54,878 bases of DNA from positions 1 to 54,878 of the forward strand of contig JAJDCH010000008.1 of assembly GCA_029260905.1 (NCBI GenBank), given 5' to 3'. Every line of letters starts with the position of its first letter. The stretch's first letter is position 1. The position numbers and the translations under genes were made by a program. Source of the stretch: Candidatus Levyibacteriota bacterium (GTDB lineage Bacteria; Patescibacteriota; Microgenomatia; Levybacterales; UBA12049). The notes beneath the pieces are model-generated. The model ran no database searches and had not been told where the DNA came from. It worked only from the letters and a program-made list of their open reading frames with translations. Shown here piece by piece: positions 1 through 9,939 of this stretch.

Positions 1-1
1 A

Positions 2-790
2 CTTTCAATAAATGAACTTCAGTCCAATCCGCTTCAGCCACGTGGTGTAATTACAACAGATTCTTTGACAGATTTAGTTGAGTCAATTCGTGAGCAGGGT
101 ATTCTTGAGCCATTGGTTGTTGCAAAGACTCCAGCTGGTTATCAGATAATTGCTGGTGAGAGGCGATGGAGGGCCTCAAAAATACTAGGTCTTGTCAATG
201 TTCCTGTTGTTGTTAAAGAAACAACACCCCAGGGAATGCTTGAAATGTCAATTGTTGAGAACGTTCAGCGTGAGGATCTTAATCCGATTGAAAAAGCACT
301 TGCCTACAAAAGACTTATTGATGAATTTAGCCTCGGAACAACAGAGGTTGCCAAAAGAGTGGGTAAAAGTGTGCCAGCTGTCTCAAACACAATAAGACTT
401 CTTTCGCTTCCAGATGCCATAAAAGATGCGCTTGTTGCAGGGGTGATTACAGAGGGGCATGTGAGACCGCTTCTTTCACTTGGAGACTCCAAGCTGATGC
501 TTGAGGTTTTTAAGACTATTCTTCGTGAAAATCATACAGTTAGACAAACAGAAGAGTTGGCAAGACAAGTAAAAGGAGAGGTTCAGAAGAAAGACCCTGC
601 TCAGGCTAGGGATCAGATTTATGTTCCAGAACAGGATTCAATGGCCAAAGAGATTGAGGAAAAGCATGAAGTTGATAAGGTTGCTATTTTTCAATCAAGC
701 AAGCTTGCGAGAATAACAATTGTGGTAAAAGGATCGCCAGATACAACTAGTGCTAAGCTAAAAGCAATTCACGAAATCCTCATAAAATAA
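2..790 (+). CDS. parB: ParB/Spo0J chromosome partitioning protein (5' end outside window)
   Basis: Frame open from base 2 (LSINELQSNPLQPR...). ParB box GERRWRA, ENVQREDLNPIE, HTH region VGKSVPAVSNTIRLL. Confidence 0.95.
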   Translation, partial: LSINELQSNPLQPRGVITTDSLTDLVESIREQGILEPLVVAKTPAGYQIIAGERRWRASKILGLVNVPVVVKETTPQGMLEMSIVENVQREDLNPIEKALAYKRLIDEFSLGTTEVAKRVGKSVPAVSNTIRLLSLPDAIKDALVAGVITEGHVRPLLSLGDSKLMLEVFKTILRENHTVRQTEELARQVKGEVQKKDPAQARDQIYVPEQDSMAKEIEEKHEVDKVAIFQSSKLARITIVVKGSPDTTSAKLKAIHEILIK

Positions 791-792
791 AT

Positions 793-1368
793 TTATTGCT
801 GAAGATTTTCAGGATAAGGATTTTTTATTAACCTCATATGATTAACAGGCCAATAGACAAAAAGTGATTCACCTATTATTTTTTCACGTTCAAGAAATCC
901 CCATTCCCGTGAATCAGAGCTAAAAGGTCTATTATCTCCCATGACAAGAAATTGTCCATCGGGAACCGTAACGGGTATATCTTCTTGCATAAAATTGGTG
1001 CCATATGTCTGAACAGAGCTATCAAGATATGCACTTTCATCAAGTCTATTCCCGTTTAGATAAACAAATCCACCTTTTACGTATATAGTATCCCCAGCAA
1101 TTCCAATAACTCTTTTGATAAAGTCCTTATCAGGATCAGTCGGCGATTTAAATACGATAACATCTCCTCTTTGAGGATCATCAAACCTGAGTGCTACAAG
1201 ATTGGTAAGTATATATTCGCCGTTTTTATATGTAGGGTCCATGGACTGTCCTGATACCTGAAATGGACGAAATAAAAATATATAGATTACAAGAAAAAAT
1301 GAGGCAGCCAAAAGAATAGTTTGCATGAAATCAAGCAAGAAATTATAAATTTTTTTGGCTGTTTCCAT
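793..1368 (-). CDS. lepB: Signal peptidase I
   Basis: N-terminal TM, catalytic Ser (GQSMDPT) and Lys (FIKRVIG), GDNRxxSxDSR. Start moved from 1395 to the ATG at 1368, 7 nt below a -10 box. Confidence 0.95.
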   Translation of the reverse strand: METAKKIYNFLLDFMQTILLAASFFLVIYIFLFRPFQVSGQSMDPTYKNGEYILTNLVALRFDDPQRGDVIVFKSPTDPDKDFIKRVIGIAGDTIYVKGGFVYLNGNRLDESAYLDSSVQTYGTNFMQEDIPVTVPDGQFLVMGDNRPFSSDSREWGFLEREKIIGESLFVYWPVNHMRLIKNPYPENLQQ

Positions 1369-1375
1369 AAGATTT

Positions 1376-1405
1376 ATTATCTCAAACATGTCCATCTCAC
1401 GTCAA
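1376..1405 (-). promoter_or_regulatory. Sigma70-type promoter for lepB
   Basis: Minus strand TTGACG-18 nt-GATAAT, then 7 nt to ATG. Confidence 0.55.
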
Positions 1406-1415
1406 GGCTATGAGC

Positions 1416-1444
1416 TTGACAAAAGTTATATAAAGTCCTATAAT
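1416..1444 (+). promoter_or_regulatory. Perfect-consensus sigma70 promoter
   Basis: TTGACA (1416-1421), 17 nt, TATAAT (1439-1444). Confidence 0.8.
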
Positions 1445-1450
1445 ACATAA

Positions 1451-2476
1451 ATAGGAAGAGAAAAAGAAGCTGGATCACTAAGCAGAAGAAAGGTTCTTAA
1501 TGCAGCTTTTTCACCACTTGCAAGAAAGACTCCTGGTGTGATTTCAGAAGACGGTCATCCTGTTTTGGTAACTGGATACGAAGTTAAGAGACATAACAGA
1601 AGAGCATTTTTGAAAAAAACAGGTAAAGTTCTCGCTCTTCTTGCATTAGCTGATCAATTTCCAAGGCTATCTGAGGTTTTTCCTCGTGTTACTGATTCCA
1701 CAATAGGCTTTGCTCCAGATCAGCAGGAAATGTTTTTAAATCCTAATACTAAGTCTGCGGTTCTTGTTTTTGGTGGTGCAACAGTTGAGTCAGCTGAGGG
1801 AATGGCCAAGGTTCTTACCCCTGTATTGAAAGAGCTTGGGCCTGTCGGATAGGTAAACTACGCTAAGCATGGATTTGATTTAGATTCAATAGGTGATGAG
1901 ATATTGAGATTAAAAAAAGAATATGGAATTGAAACTGTTTCTATATATGGACATAGCGAGGGGCCACAAGTAGCTGGATTAGTCCTTAAAAAGATTTCAG
2001 ATAAAATTAAGTGGGGGACTGTTTTTCTTGATAGCACTCCAGTTTCTATTGAAAGCTTGTCAAATAAATCAAAGTTGGGGGCAGAAATTATGAATAAAAT
2101 TGATCCTGTTTATGATGGAGGGGTACTTCCTGTGTTGATTGCAAATTTTAACGCATATAATAGAAACCCTTTAAAGTTTGGCACTGCTCATTCTGGTTTG
2201 CTTGAAGACCAGGCAACAATTTTCAAGTACGGTACAGATCCTTTAGATACTTTATCTCAAATGAGCAGGAGAGATAAAAGCCGATTTATTTTTTTAACTC
2301 CTGAAGATCCCGCAAAAGATGAGATAATTAATCCTGTTGCTGCAGAAAAAGAATTAAGAAGAATCTTTCCAAATCTTAAAGTATCAAAAGTGGGGGGCAA
2401 AAAGCAAGGTCATGCAAATCCAGATGGTAATGTCGTGGGTTACTATATAGCAATCCAGAATGGACTGAGATCTTAA
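1451..2476 (+). pseudogene. Alpha/beta hydrolase with twin-arginine-like N-terminus, interrupted by one in-frame TAG
   Basis: ORFs 1538..1852 and 1904..2476 share a frame, separated only by TAG 1850-1852. Frame opens at ATA 1451. Nucleophile elbow GHSEG, later Asp (KDEII) and His (GHAN). Confidence 0.7.
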
Positions 2477-2484
2477 GTTTAAGC

Positions 2485-3252
2485 CTATTTTTCATCAATA
2501 AGCAGTGCGCGGGTGACGAATTGCTTGATGAGTCTTTTGCTCCTTTGACCTACGCTAAACTGGGGATGATTGTTTATCGATTTTAAGCCCCGATATAGAT
2601 ATTCGATATAGGCATCTGGTTTTTTCCATCTTCTAAAGGATGTGCTAACAATAAGAGTTGGGTCAAACTTTATTTTTCCAAAGGGAGCAATATGAATTGC
2701 AAGGTCAAGATCTTCATGAACCAATTTATCATTTAGGCAAATTTCATTTTTTATTTTTTTCCAACCGTTTTTTCTTATAATGCAATTTGGGCCATAGAGG
2801 CAGTCATGTTTTACCATGCTTTTGACAATTCTATTATAGAGTTTTACTGCTCTAACAGAATAGTAACCAGTTTTAAATCTGGGATTTTTAACAAGTTTTG
2901 GAAGATCATAAAATTTTCCTGGACCTGATAAGGCAATTAAATCAGTGTCTAAGAAGTTTCGCTTTATTTTTTTTATCCAATTTTATGGCACGCGGCTATC
3001 AGCATAAGTTCTTGCAATTAATTAGTATTTAGCAATATTTAGTCCTTTATTTCTGGCAAAGGTTATTCCTTGTTTTTTTTCGTTAAGTAGTTTTACTGGA
3101 TATTTTTTAACGATAGCAACTGTATTGTCAGTTGAATTATTGTTTATAATTATAATCTCATCAGCTGGAACTGATTGCTTAAGCAGGCTTTCTATGCATT
3201 CTCCAATATATTTTTCTTCGTTATGGACAGGTACTATTACAGATATCTTCAT
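2485..3252 (-). pseudogene. GT2 glycosyltransferase with two in-frame TAA stops
   Basis: ORFs 3022..3252 and 2485..2817 join in frame across TAA at 3022-3024 and 2983-2985. GT2 N-terminus ISVIVPVHNEE, later HEDLDL. The DxD motif reads TYAD. Confidence 0.85.
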
Positions 3253-3309
3253 ATATACATTTTACTATTTTGACTGAAAAATCACAATAAAACAGGTATA
3301 ATTGTAGTT

Positions 3310-4035
3310 GTGAAATTAAAAATATCGGTTGTCATACCTGCTTTAAATGAAGAAGCATTGCTGCTTAGGTGCATAAAATCATTAAAAAATCAAAATTATC
3401 CGAGAGAAAAATTTGAGATTATTTTGGTTGATTCTGGTTCTACTGACAAAACAGTACAAATTGCAAGAAAAAATGGTGTACGAGTTTTTATAAAAAAAAG
3501 TCTTGAGACCATTGGCGCAAGTCGTGATTTTGGCGCAAAACAGGCAAAAGGGGAAATAATAGCATTTACTGATTCTGATAGCTTTGTTGCAGCTGATTGG
3601 CTTTTGAAAATTGATCAATTCATGGAGACACCAAATTTAATGTTCATAGGTGGTCAAGCGTTACCAGATAGTAAAAGTATTAAAAACAGTATTGTTTTTG
3701 GTTTTTATCATTTCTTTCATATTTTTAATTATTTTTTGGGAAAACCAATTGTTTGGGGCTTTAATATGGCAATTAAAAAATCTGCATATAAGAAAGTTGG
3801 AGGAATAAATACAAAATTAAAATCTTGCGAAGATTGGGATTTATCTTTACGAATAAAAAATATGTTTGGCAAAGATGCCAGTATTTATAATAATTCATTA
3901 AAGGTTTTTACATCAACTAGAAAACATAACTCTTTTTCAATATTTATAAAATATTCCTTTTTAGGAATTAAAAATTATTATAATTTTATAATTTTAAAAA
4001 AAATAAAAGCAGAAACTAATTTTATTGTAAGATGA
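3310..4035 (+). CDS. GT2 family glycosyltransferase
   Basis: ISVVIPALNEE, VDSGSTD, FTDSD (DxD), CEDWDL. Confidence 0.9.
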   Translation: MKLKISVVIPALNEEALLLRCIKSLKNQNYPREKFEIILVDSGSTDKTVQIARKNGVRVFIKKSLETIGASRDFGAKQAKGEIIAFTDSDSFVAADWLLKIDQFMETPNLMFIGGQALPDSKSIKNSIVFGFYHFFHIFNYFLGKPIVWGFNMAIKKSAYKKVGGINTKLKSCEDWDLSLRIKNMFGKDASIYNNSLKVFTSTRKHNSFSIFIKYSFLGIKNYYNFIILKKIKAETNFIVR

Positions 4036-5078
4036 AGATTTTATTTTTAACCAAAAGATTTTTGCCTGATATTGGTGGCGTGGAAAAGCATGTTTTTGAA
4101 ATAGCAAATATTCTTGCAAAAAAAAATCATCAAGTAACTGTTATTGCAGAAGAACCAGATAAAAAACCTTATTTTAAGTATAAAAAATTAAAAAATATTA
4201 ATGTTTTTCATATTCCCAAGTTCAAGGATGATAAATTAAAAAAATTTAAGATTTGGTTTTTTTTAATTAAAAAAAATAAAATTATCCAGGACACTGATAT
4301 AGTTCATTGTCATGATGTTTTTTTCTGGTATTTGCCATTTAGATTTATATATCCAACAAAGTCTGTTTATACAACTTTTCATGGCTATGAAACAAAATTC
4401 CCTATCAGTAAAAAAGCTATTTTTATTCGAAAGCTAAGTGAGAAGTTGTCATTTGGAAGTATTTGCGTTGGTGATTATATTTCTAAATATTATGGAGCAA
4501 AACCTAATTATATAATTTATGGTGGAGCAAAAAAAGCTCAAAATAAAAACTTGTTTGCCACAGGACTTAAAACGCAAGATTTTAATCTTGAGTTAAAAAT
4601 TTGTTTTATTGGTAGATTGGACATTGATACAGGTGTAAAAATATATCTTGAAGCCTTGAATTTATTGAAGAAAGAAAAAATAAATTATAGATTTAAAAGT
4701 TTTGGAGATGGGGTCTTAAAGAAAGATGTTAAAAAATACGGAAAAGCTAATGGGTTTGTGATGAATGTAGAAAAAGAAATTGAAAGAACAGATATTGTGT
4801 TTGCCTCATCTTATCTAGCTATTCTTGATGCGCTTATTCAGAAAAAAATAGTTATTGCTGTATATTCAAATGAGCTGAAAAAAGATTATTTGAAAATGTC
4901 ACCTTTTTCCAGATTTATTTATATATGCAAGAATGCAAATGAAGTTCTTGAAGTAATAAAATTAGTAAATACTAATTCATGGAAATCTAAATCAATGGTT
5001 GAAAATGGATACAAATGGGCAAGTAACCATGCCTGGGAAAATATTGTAAAAATTTATTATAAATTGTGGAAAATATGA
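4032..5078 (+). CDS. GT4 (GT-B fold) glycosyltransferase
   Basis: PDIGGVEKH, DIVHCHD, TTFHG, FIGRL and a C-terminal W..IV..Y pattern. Confidence 0.85.
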   Translation: MKILFLTKRFLPDIGGVEKHVFEIANILAKKNHQVTVIAEEPDKKPYFKYKKLKNINVFHIPKFKDDKLKKFKIWFFLIKKNKIIQDTDIVHCHDVFFWYLPFRFIYPTKSVYTTFHGYETKFPISKKAIFIRKLSEKLSFGSICVGDYISKYYGAKPNYIIYGGAKKAQNKNLFATGLKTQDFNLELKICFIGRLDIDTGVKIYLEALNLLKKEKINYRFKSFGDGVLKKDVKKYGKANGFVMNVEKEIERTDIVFASSYLAILDALIQKKIVIAVYSNELKKDYLKMSPFSRFIYICKNANEVLEVIKLVNTNSWKSKSMVENGYKWASNHAWENIVKIYYKLWKI

Positions 5079-6019
5079 AAATTACATTTATTGCAACTGT
5101 TTTCAATGAAGAAGAAAATATTGATAATTTTTTAAAGTCTTTATCATTGCAAACAAAAAAGCCGGATCAAATTGTAATAGTTGATGGGGGAAGTATAGAT
5201 ACTACAGTATTTAAGATTATGAATTATGAATCAAGAATTGATACAAATTTTAATTTTTATATAAAAAAAGGCAATAGATCAGTTGGAAGAAATGAAGCGA
5301 TAAGAAATGCAACTGGAGACATAATTGTTTGTTCAGATTCAGGAAATATTTTGGATAAGAATTGGATTAAAAATATATACAAACCTTTTCTAAATAAAAA
5401 CATTGATGTTGTTGCTGGATATTATAAAGCCAGAACTGAAAATGTATTTCAAGAATGCCTGATTCCATATGTTTTTGTAATGCCAGATAAGATAAATTCT
5501 CGAGATTTTCTTCCTGCAACAAGATCTGTTGCATTTAAAAAATCTGTTTGGAAAAAAGCTGGTGGATTCAACGAACGTTTGTCGCATAATGAAGATTATG
5601 TCTTTGCAAATAAACTCAAAAAGATAAACGCAAAGATATTTTTTGAAAAAAACGCTTTTGTTTATTGGATACCAAGAAAAAACTTAAAAGAAGCCTATTT
5701 TATGTTCTATAGATTTGCACAGGGAGATATTGAATCAGGAATATTAAGACCAAAAGTGGTTTTTATTTTTGTTCGTTATTTAGTTGCTTTTTGGATGTTG
5801 ATTTGTTTCCTGATATTTAGATCATCCTTTATACTTAGTGTCTTATGCCTTATAATAGTAATGTATATATTTTGGTCAATAAAAAAGAATTATAAATATG
5901 TTAAAAAATGGGAGGCTCTATTTATCTTACCTGGACTACAGATCGTATCTGATTTTGCAGTGATGATAGGAAGTCTGATTGGTTCAATCAAATTATGGGA
6001 TATGCAAAAGAAGCAATAA
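5075..6019 (+). CDS. GT2 glycosyltransferase with C-terminal TM helices
   Basis: TVFNEE, VDGGS, GRNEAI, SDSG, NEDY. ATG 5075 overlaps the upstream TGA (ATGA). Confidence 0.9.
   Translation: MKITFIATVFNEEENIDNFLKSLSLQTKKPDQIVIVDGGSIDTTVFKIMNYESRIDTNFNFYIKKGNRSVGRNEAIRNATGDIIVCSDSGNILDKNWIKNIYKPFLNKNIDVVAGYYKARTENVFQECLIPYVFVMPDKINSRDFLPATRSVAFKKSVWKKAGGFNERLSHNEDYVFANKLKKINAKIFFEKNAFVYWIPRKNLKEAYFMFYRFAQGDIESGILRPKVVFIFVRYLVAFWMLICFLIFRSSFILSVLCLIIVMYIFWSIKKNYKYVKKWEALFILPGLQIVSDFAVMIGSLIGSIKLWDMQKKQ
5213..5240 (+). repeat. Degenerate 7-nt tandem repeat inside a GT2 gene
   Basis: AAGATTA TGAATTA TGAATCA AGAATTG, encoding KIMNYESRI. Confidence 0.65.
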
Positions 6020-7212
6020 AAGGGGTTTCATGGCTTGGTTTTTTGCGTGTTGCAATACGTGGTGTTTCGTATGTAAGAATAGCAATTTTGGCACGTCTTC
6101 TGACCCCGGTACAATTTGGTATTTCAGACATAGCTCTTCTTGTTCTTGGAATAACTGAGATATTTACAGAAACAGGAATAAATCTTTTTTTGATTCAACA
6201 AAAAGAAAGAATAGATAAATACATCAGTACTGCTTGGATAATATCAATTGTAAGGGGACTTTTTATATCAATATTAATTCTTCTGAGTGCTGGGATTGTA
6301 GCAAATTTTTTCAGCAATCCTGATGTTGTAAATTTCCTGACGGTAACTGCTCTGATTCCAATTATAAGAGGAACTATAAATCCTGCGATTGTAAAATTAG
6401 TAAAGGAGTTGAATTTTAGAAAAGAATTTTATTATCGAACGGTAATATTTGTAATCGAAGTCGTGTCAAGTGTAATTATCGCATTTGAAACTAATTCATC
6501 GATTGCAATAGTTGCTGGTGTTGCAATTGGTGCAGTATTCGAAAGTTTATTTTCTTTCTTTATTGTTAGACCGAGACCGTCTTTATTTTTTAATATGAGT
6601 ATTTTTAAAGACATATTTAAAAATGGAAAATGGTTTACTGTAACTGGTATTTTTAGCTATCTTTATCATAATGGTGACAATATAGTAGTTGGCAAAATGT
6701 TGGGTGCTGCACCACTTGGTCTTTATCAGAGAGCCTATAGCATATCGACTCTTCCCATAACTGAGGTTTCGGATGTAATACAAAAAGTAACTTATGCAGT
6801 ATTTGTAAAAATATCAGGAGATTTGAAAAGACTAAGAAATGCTTATCTAAAATCAATTCTTTCTGTTATTATGATTGTTTTTCCAATTGGGGCAGTATTT
6901 TATTTTTTTCCTGAGTTTACAATAAAGATTATACTGGGTGATAAGTGGTTGGGTGCTGTAGATGTTTTAAAAGTTTTAGCTATTTTTGGTGTTCTTCGTG
7001 CAATTTCTCTCTCGTCAATTGCACCATTTTATGCGCTTAAAAGACAAGATCTTGTCACTAGAATAACCTTTGTTGCCTTTTTGGGTTTAGCTGTTACCAT
7101 TATACCTTTTGTGCAAAAATGGGGAATTCTTGGTGCGGGTTATTCAGCATTGGTTGGAGTATTACTTTCTATTCCAATTACTATTTATTATTTATTTAAG
7201 ATACTCAGATGA
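5995..7212 (+). CDS. wzx: Wzx/WzxC-type polysaccharide flippase
   Basis: ILARLLTPVQFG, DNIVVGKMLGAAPLGLYQRAY and many TM segments, typical of PST-family flippases. Confidence 0.85.
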   Translation: MGYAKEAIKGVSWLGFLRVAIRGVSYVRIAILARLLTPVQFGISDIALLVLGITEIFTETGINLFLIQQKERIDKYISTAWIISIVRGLFISILILLSAGIVANFFSNPDVVNFLTVTALIPIIRGTINPAIVKLVKELNFRKEFYYRTVIFVIEVVSSVIIAFETNSSIAIVAGVAIGAVFESLFSFFIVRPRPSLFFNMSIFKDIFKNGKWFTVTGIFSYLYHNGDNIVVGKMLGAAPLGLYQRAYSISTLPITEVSDVIQKVTYAVFVKISGDLKRLRNAYLKSILSVIMIVFPIGAVFYFFPEFTIKIILGDKWLGAVDVLKVLAIFGVLRAISLSSIAPFYALKRQDLVTRITFVAFLGLAVTIIPFVQKWGILGAGYSALVGVLLSIPITIYYLFKILR

Positions 7213-7958
7213 TTAGCGCAATAATACTTACAAAAAATGAAGAAATAAATATTGCTGATTGCATTAAATCAGTCAAGTGGTGCGATGAAATAATTGTTGT
7301 AGATGATAATTCAATTGATAAGACAGTAGACATAGCTGCAAAGAGGGGCGCAGTTGTTTATAGACATGATATGAATATGGATTTTGCAAGACAAAGAAAT
7401 TATGGATTAAGCAAAGCAAAAGGAGAATGGGTGCTTTTTGTTGATGCTGACGAGCGGGTATCCCCATCTCTTTGGTATGAAATAATGCAGTATACCAATG
7501 CATCTTTTGGAAACTATAAAGGATTTTACATAAAAAGACAGGATTATATTTGGGGCAAGAAGTTAAAGTTTGGAGAAGCAGGTGCTGCAAAATTTATACG
7601 ACTTGCTAAAAAAGATGCAGGTAGGTGGAGTGGTAAGGTTCATGAAGTTTGGAATATAGAAGGATTGAAAAAAACACTTGAAAAGGAACTTGCTCATTAT
7701 CCTCATCAAGCAATTGCAGATTTTTTGAAAGATATTAATTTTTATTCAACTTTGCGTGCAAAGGAACTATATGATAAAAATATCAAAGTATCATGGCTTT
7801 CAATAATTATTTTTCCAATAGCCAAATTTTTTCGAAATTATTTTTTAAAACTAGGTTTTCTTGATGGAATTCCTGGTATTATTACAGCTCTTATGATGGC
7901 ATTTCATTCGTTTTTGGTTAGAGGCAAGCTTTGGATCATGAAAAATAAAAATAGATAA
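7209..7958 (+). CDS. GT2 glycosyltransferase (WaaE/KdtX-like)
   Basis: ILTKNEE, FARQRN, WVLFVDADE, GKVHE, LKLGFLDG. Confidence 0.85.
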   Translation: MISAIILTKNEEINIADCIKSVKWCDEIIVVDDNSIDKTVDIAAKRGAVVYRHDMNMDFARQRNYGLSKAKGEWVLFVDADERVSPSLWYEIMQYTNASFGNYKGFYIKRQDYIWGKKLKFGEAGAAKFIRLAKKDAGRWSGKVHEVWNIEGLKKTLEKELAHYPHQAIADFLKDINFYSTLRAKELYDKNIKVSWLSIIIFPIAKFFRNYFLKLGFLDGIPGIITALMMAFHSFLVRGKLWIMKNKNR

Positions 7959-9157
7959 TGAAACTTCTTAAATTACTGATTTTTATAAATCTTTTATTTT
8001 TTGTAACTGGTGAGATGTTTAGATTTAATATCGCTAATGATATTTTTTTAAAACCACTTGATGCATCTGTTCTTTTGACATTTTTTGTCTGGATTTTTCT
8101 TTTAATATTAAATAAAATAAAACAACCGAATATAAAATGGCAATATTTATTTTTTCCAACAACGATATTGATAAGTATAGTTGTAAATTCTTATTGGCTT
8201 ATGCCGATAGAGATTTTTACAGCAACACTTTATGCCTTAAGATTTGTAAGTTTCTTTAGTTTATTTTTTATAGTTGCTAGTTTTGATAAAGATTTTAAGC
8301 AGAAACTTTTAAATATTTTATTTATATTAGGAATTGTCATTTTGATAATTAGTTATTTGCAATACTTCCTATATTCTTCTCTTAGGAATGTTTTCTATCT
8401 AGGATTTGATGAACACTACTTTAGGATATTTTCAGTGTTTTTGGATCCGAATTTTGCAGGTGTTTTTTTTGTGTTATTTTTTCTTTTCATTTTTACAAAA
8501 TTAGTAATTGCTTTAAAAAAAGAAAAATTAAAACAGAAAATATTTTTATTTATTCTTTTTTTAATATCAATAACAACTGTTTTTTTGACTTTCTCAAGAA
8601 CAGCGCTTTTGTCTTTGATTATTTCATTTTCTATTTATCTAGTTTTTTTAAAAAAAAAGAAATTTATTCTACACTTAATAAGTGCATTAGCCATGTTTAT
8701 TTTAATAACTTATCCCTTTTATCAAATAGAAAGTTTAAATCTTTTTAGAACAACTTCAGGAATTGGAAGAATAGAAAGCTACACTACTTCCCTAAAGGTT
8801 GCTAGCGTAAATCCAATATTTGGAACAGGATTTGGTGCATATAGATATGCAAGAAAATTTCATGAAAAAGAAATAATAGATGAAAATGATTTTCCAGAAA
8901 ATTCTAAGTCAGGTGTAGAGAATAGCTTTTTATATGTGTTTGCAACAACTGGACTTGTGGGGCTTGGAGCTTTTTTTATTTTGTGGAAACAAATCTTAAA
9001 TAGTGCTTTTAAAACTCTTAAAAAAAATAATGATCAATATCAGATATTAGTTATTTCATCTATTGCCTGTTTTTTTGTAAGTGCACTTTTTATAAATAGT
9101 TTATTTTTCCCTGCTCTAATGCTTTGGATTTTTATAATCCTTGCTATTCTCCTTTAA
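7958..9157 (+). CDS. O-antigen ligase/polymerase (Wzy_C) family membrane protein
   Basis: Polytopic; FLDPNFAG, LTFSRTA, PIFGTGFG, ENSFL...TGLVG. Confidence 0.8.
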   Translation: MKLLKLLIFINLLFFVTGEMFRFNIANDIFLKPLDASVLLTFFVWIFLLILNKIKQPNIKWQYLFFPTTILISIVVNSYWLMPIEIFTATLYALRFVSFFSLFFIVASFDKDFKQKLLNILFILGIVILIISYLQYFLYSSLRNVFYLGFDEHYFRIFSVFLDPNFAGVFFVLFFLFIFTKLVIALKKEKLKQKIFLFILFLISITTVFLTFSRTALLSLIISFSIYLVFLKKKKFILHLISALAMFILITYPFYQIESLNLFRTTSGIGRIESYTTSLKVASVNPIFGTGFGAYRYARKFHEKEIIDENDFPENSKSGVENSFLYVFATTGLVGLGAFFILWKQILNSAFKTLKKNNDQYQILVISSIACFFVSALFINSLFFPALMLWIFIILAILL

Positions 9158-9842
9158 CTTTTATTTCTTTGGTTGTTTTTGATCCCGCATCATCTGTTAC
9201 CTCTACTCTAATGTTGTTATCTCCTGACTCAAGTGATAATCTAGTTAAAAATCTTCCTTCATCGTCAACAATTGCCAAAATATCATTTACTGTTACTTTG
9301 AATTCAGGTTCTATTTTTCCCTCTACAATTATTGGGCCATCGTCTTTTTTAAATATTTCTCCATCTTTTGGTTTTTCTATTTCAATAGTTGGTGGCTCAT
9401 TACGATAAATGATACTTATAATGTTTGAAAATCCACTTTCTTTTTTTCCATCAATTGCCTTTGCTTTAATATTATTATTTCCAGGTTTTAATATAAGATT
9501 TTTAAATGAAAAGCTGCTATCGTCTTCTATTTTTATTTTTTCTATTAATTTGTTATTTAGATATAGCTCTATCTCTTTGCTTCCAGCAGAGAATCCTGTT
9601 ATGTTAATTTTTTCTGTATTTACTGCTTCAGTTGTGGGATTAAGAACAGGAGGAGCTATGTAATCTACATCTTGTAAAGAATTGGTTTCTATTTTCTTCT
9701 CACCGCTTATTTTATCCAGAAGCACTCCATATCCAATAAGTAAATTTGAACCGAAGAAAATAAAAACAAGGATAATAACAATTATTCCTATAATTGTTTT
9801 GCGGTTTTGTTTTCTTATATTTGATCTTACTCTTGAACGCAT
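9144..9842 (-). CDS. Membrane-anchored protein with two bacterial Ig-like domains
   Basis: Basic N-terminus plus one TM, then two beta-rich repeats (LKPGNNNIKAKAID; LESGDNNIRVEVTD). Start set at ATG 9842 because the longer ORF overlaps the tRNA. Confidence 0.7.
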   Translation of the reverse strand: MRSRVRSNIRKQNRKTIIGIIVIILVFIFFGSNLLIGYGVLLDKISGEKKIETNSLQDVDYIAPPVLNPTTEAVNTEKINITGFSAGSKEIELYLNNKLIEKIKIEDDSSFSFKNLILKPGNNNIKAKAIDGKKESGFSNIISIIYRNEPPTIEIEKPKDGEIFKKDDGPIIVEGKIEPEFKVTVNDILAIVDDEGRFLTRLSLESGDNNIRVEVTDDAGSKTTKEIKVKGE

Positions 9843-9853
9843 AATTTTATATG

Positions 9854-9926
9854 AGCCGATGACGGGAATCGAACCCACGACTTACTCTTTACGAAAGAGT
9901 TACTCTACCAACTGAGTTACATCGGC
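9854..9926 (-). tRNA. tRNA-Thr(CGT)
   Basis: Acceptor stem GCCGATG/CATCGGC, anticodon stem ACTCT/AGAGT with loop TT-CGT-AA, T loop TTCGATT. CCA not encoded. Confidence 0.93.
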
Positions 9927-9939
9927 AAATCATAATGTT

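Noticed and set aside
1850-3024. Stop-codon reassignment as an explanation for the in-frame TAG and TAA codons
   Set aside because: TAA, TAG and TGA all end well-conserved genes elsewhere (atpD TAA, pyrG TAG, lexA TGA), and long genes have no internal stops.
8643-8658. T7-A9 and other homopolymer runs in the glycan genes as phase-variation tracts
   Set aside because: Such runs are expected in very AT-rich Lys/Phe-rich genes, and no frameshift is present.
9843-9878. N-terminal extension of ORF 9144..9878
   Set aside because: It overlaps the T arm and acceptor stem of tRNA-Thr; ATG 9842 is the plausible start.
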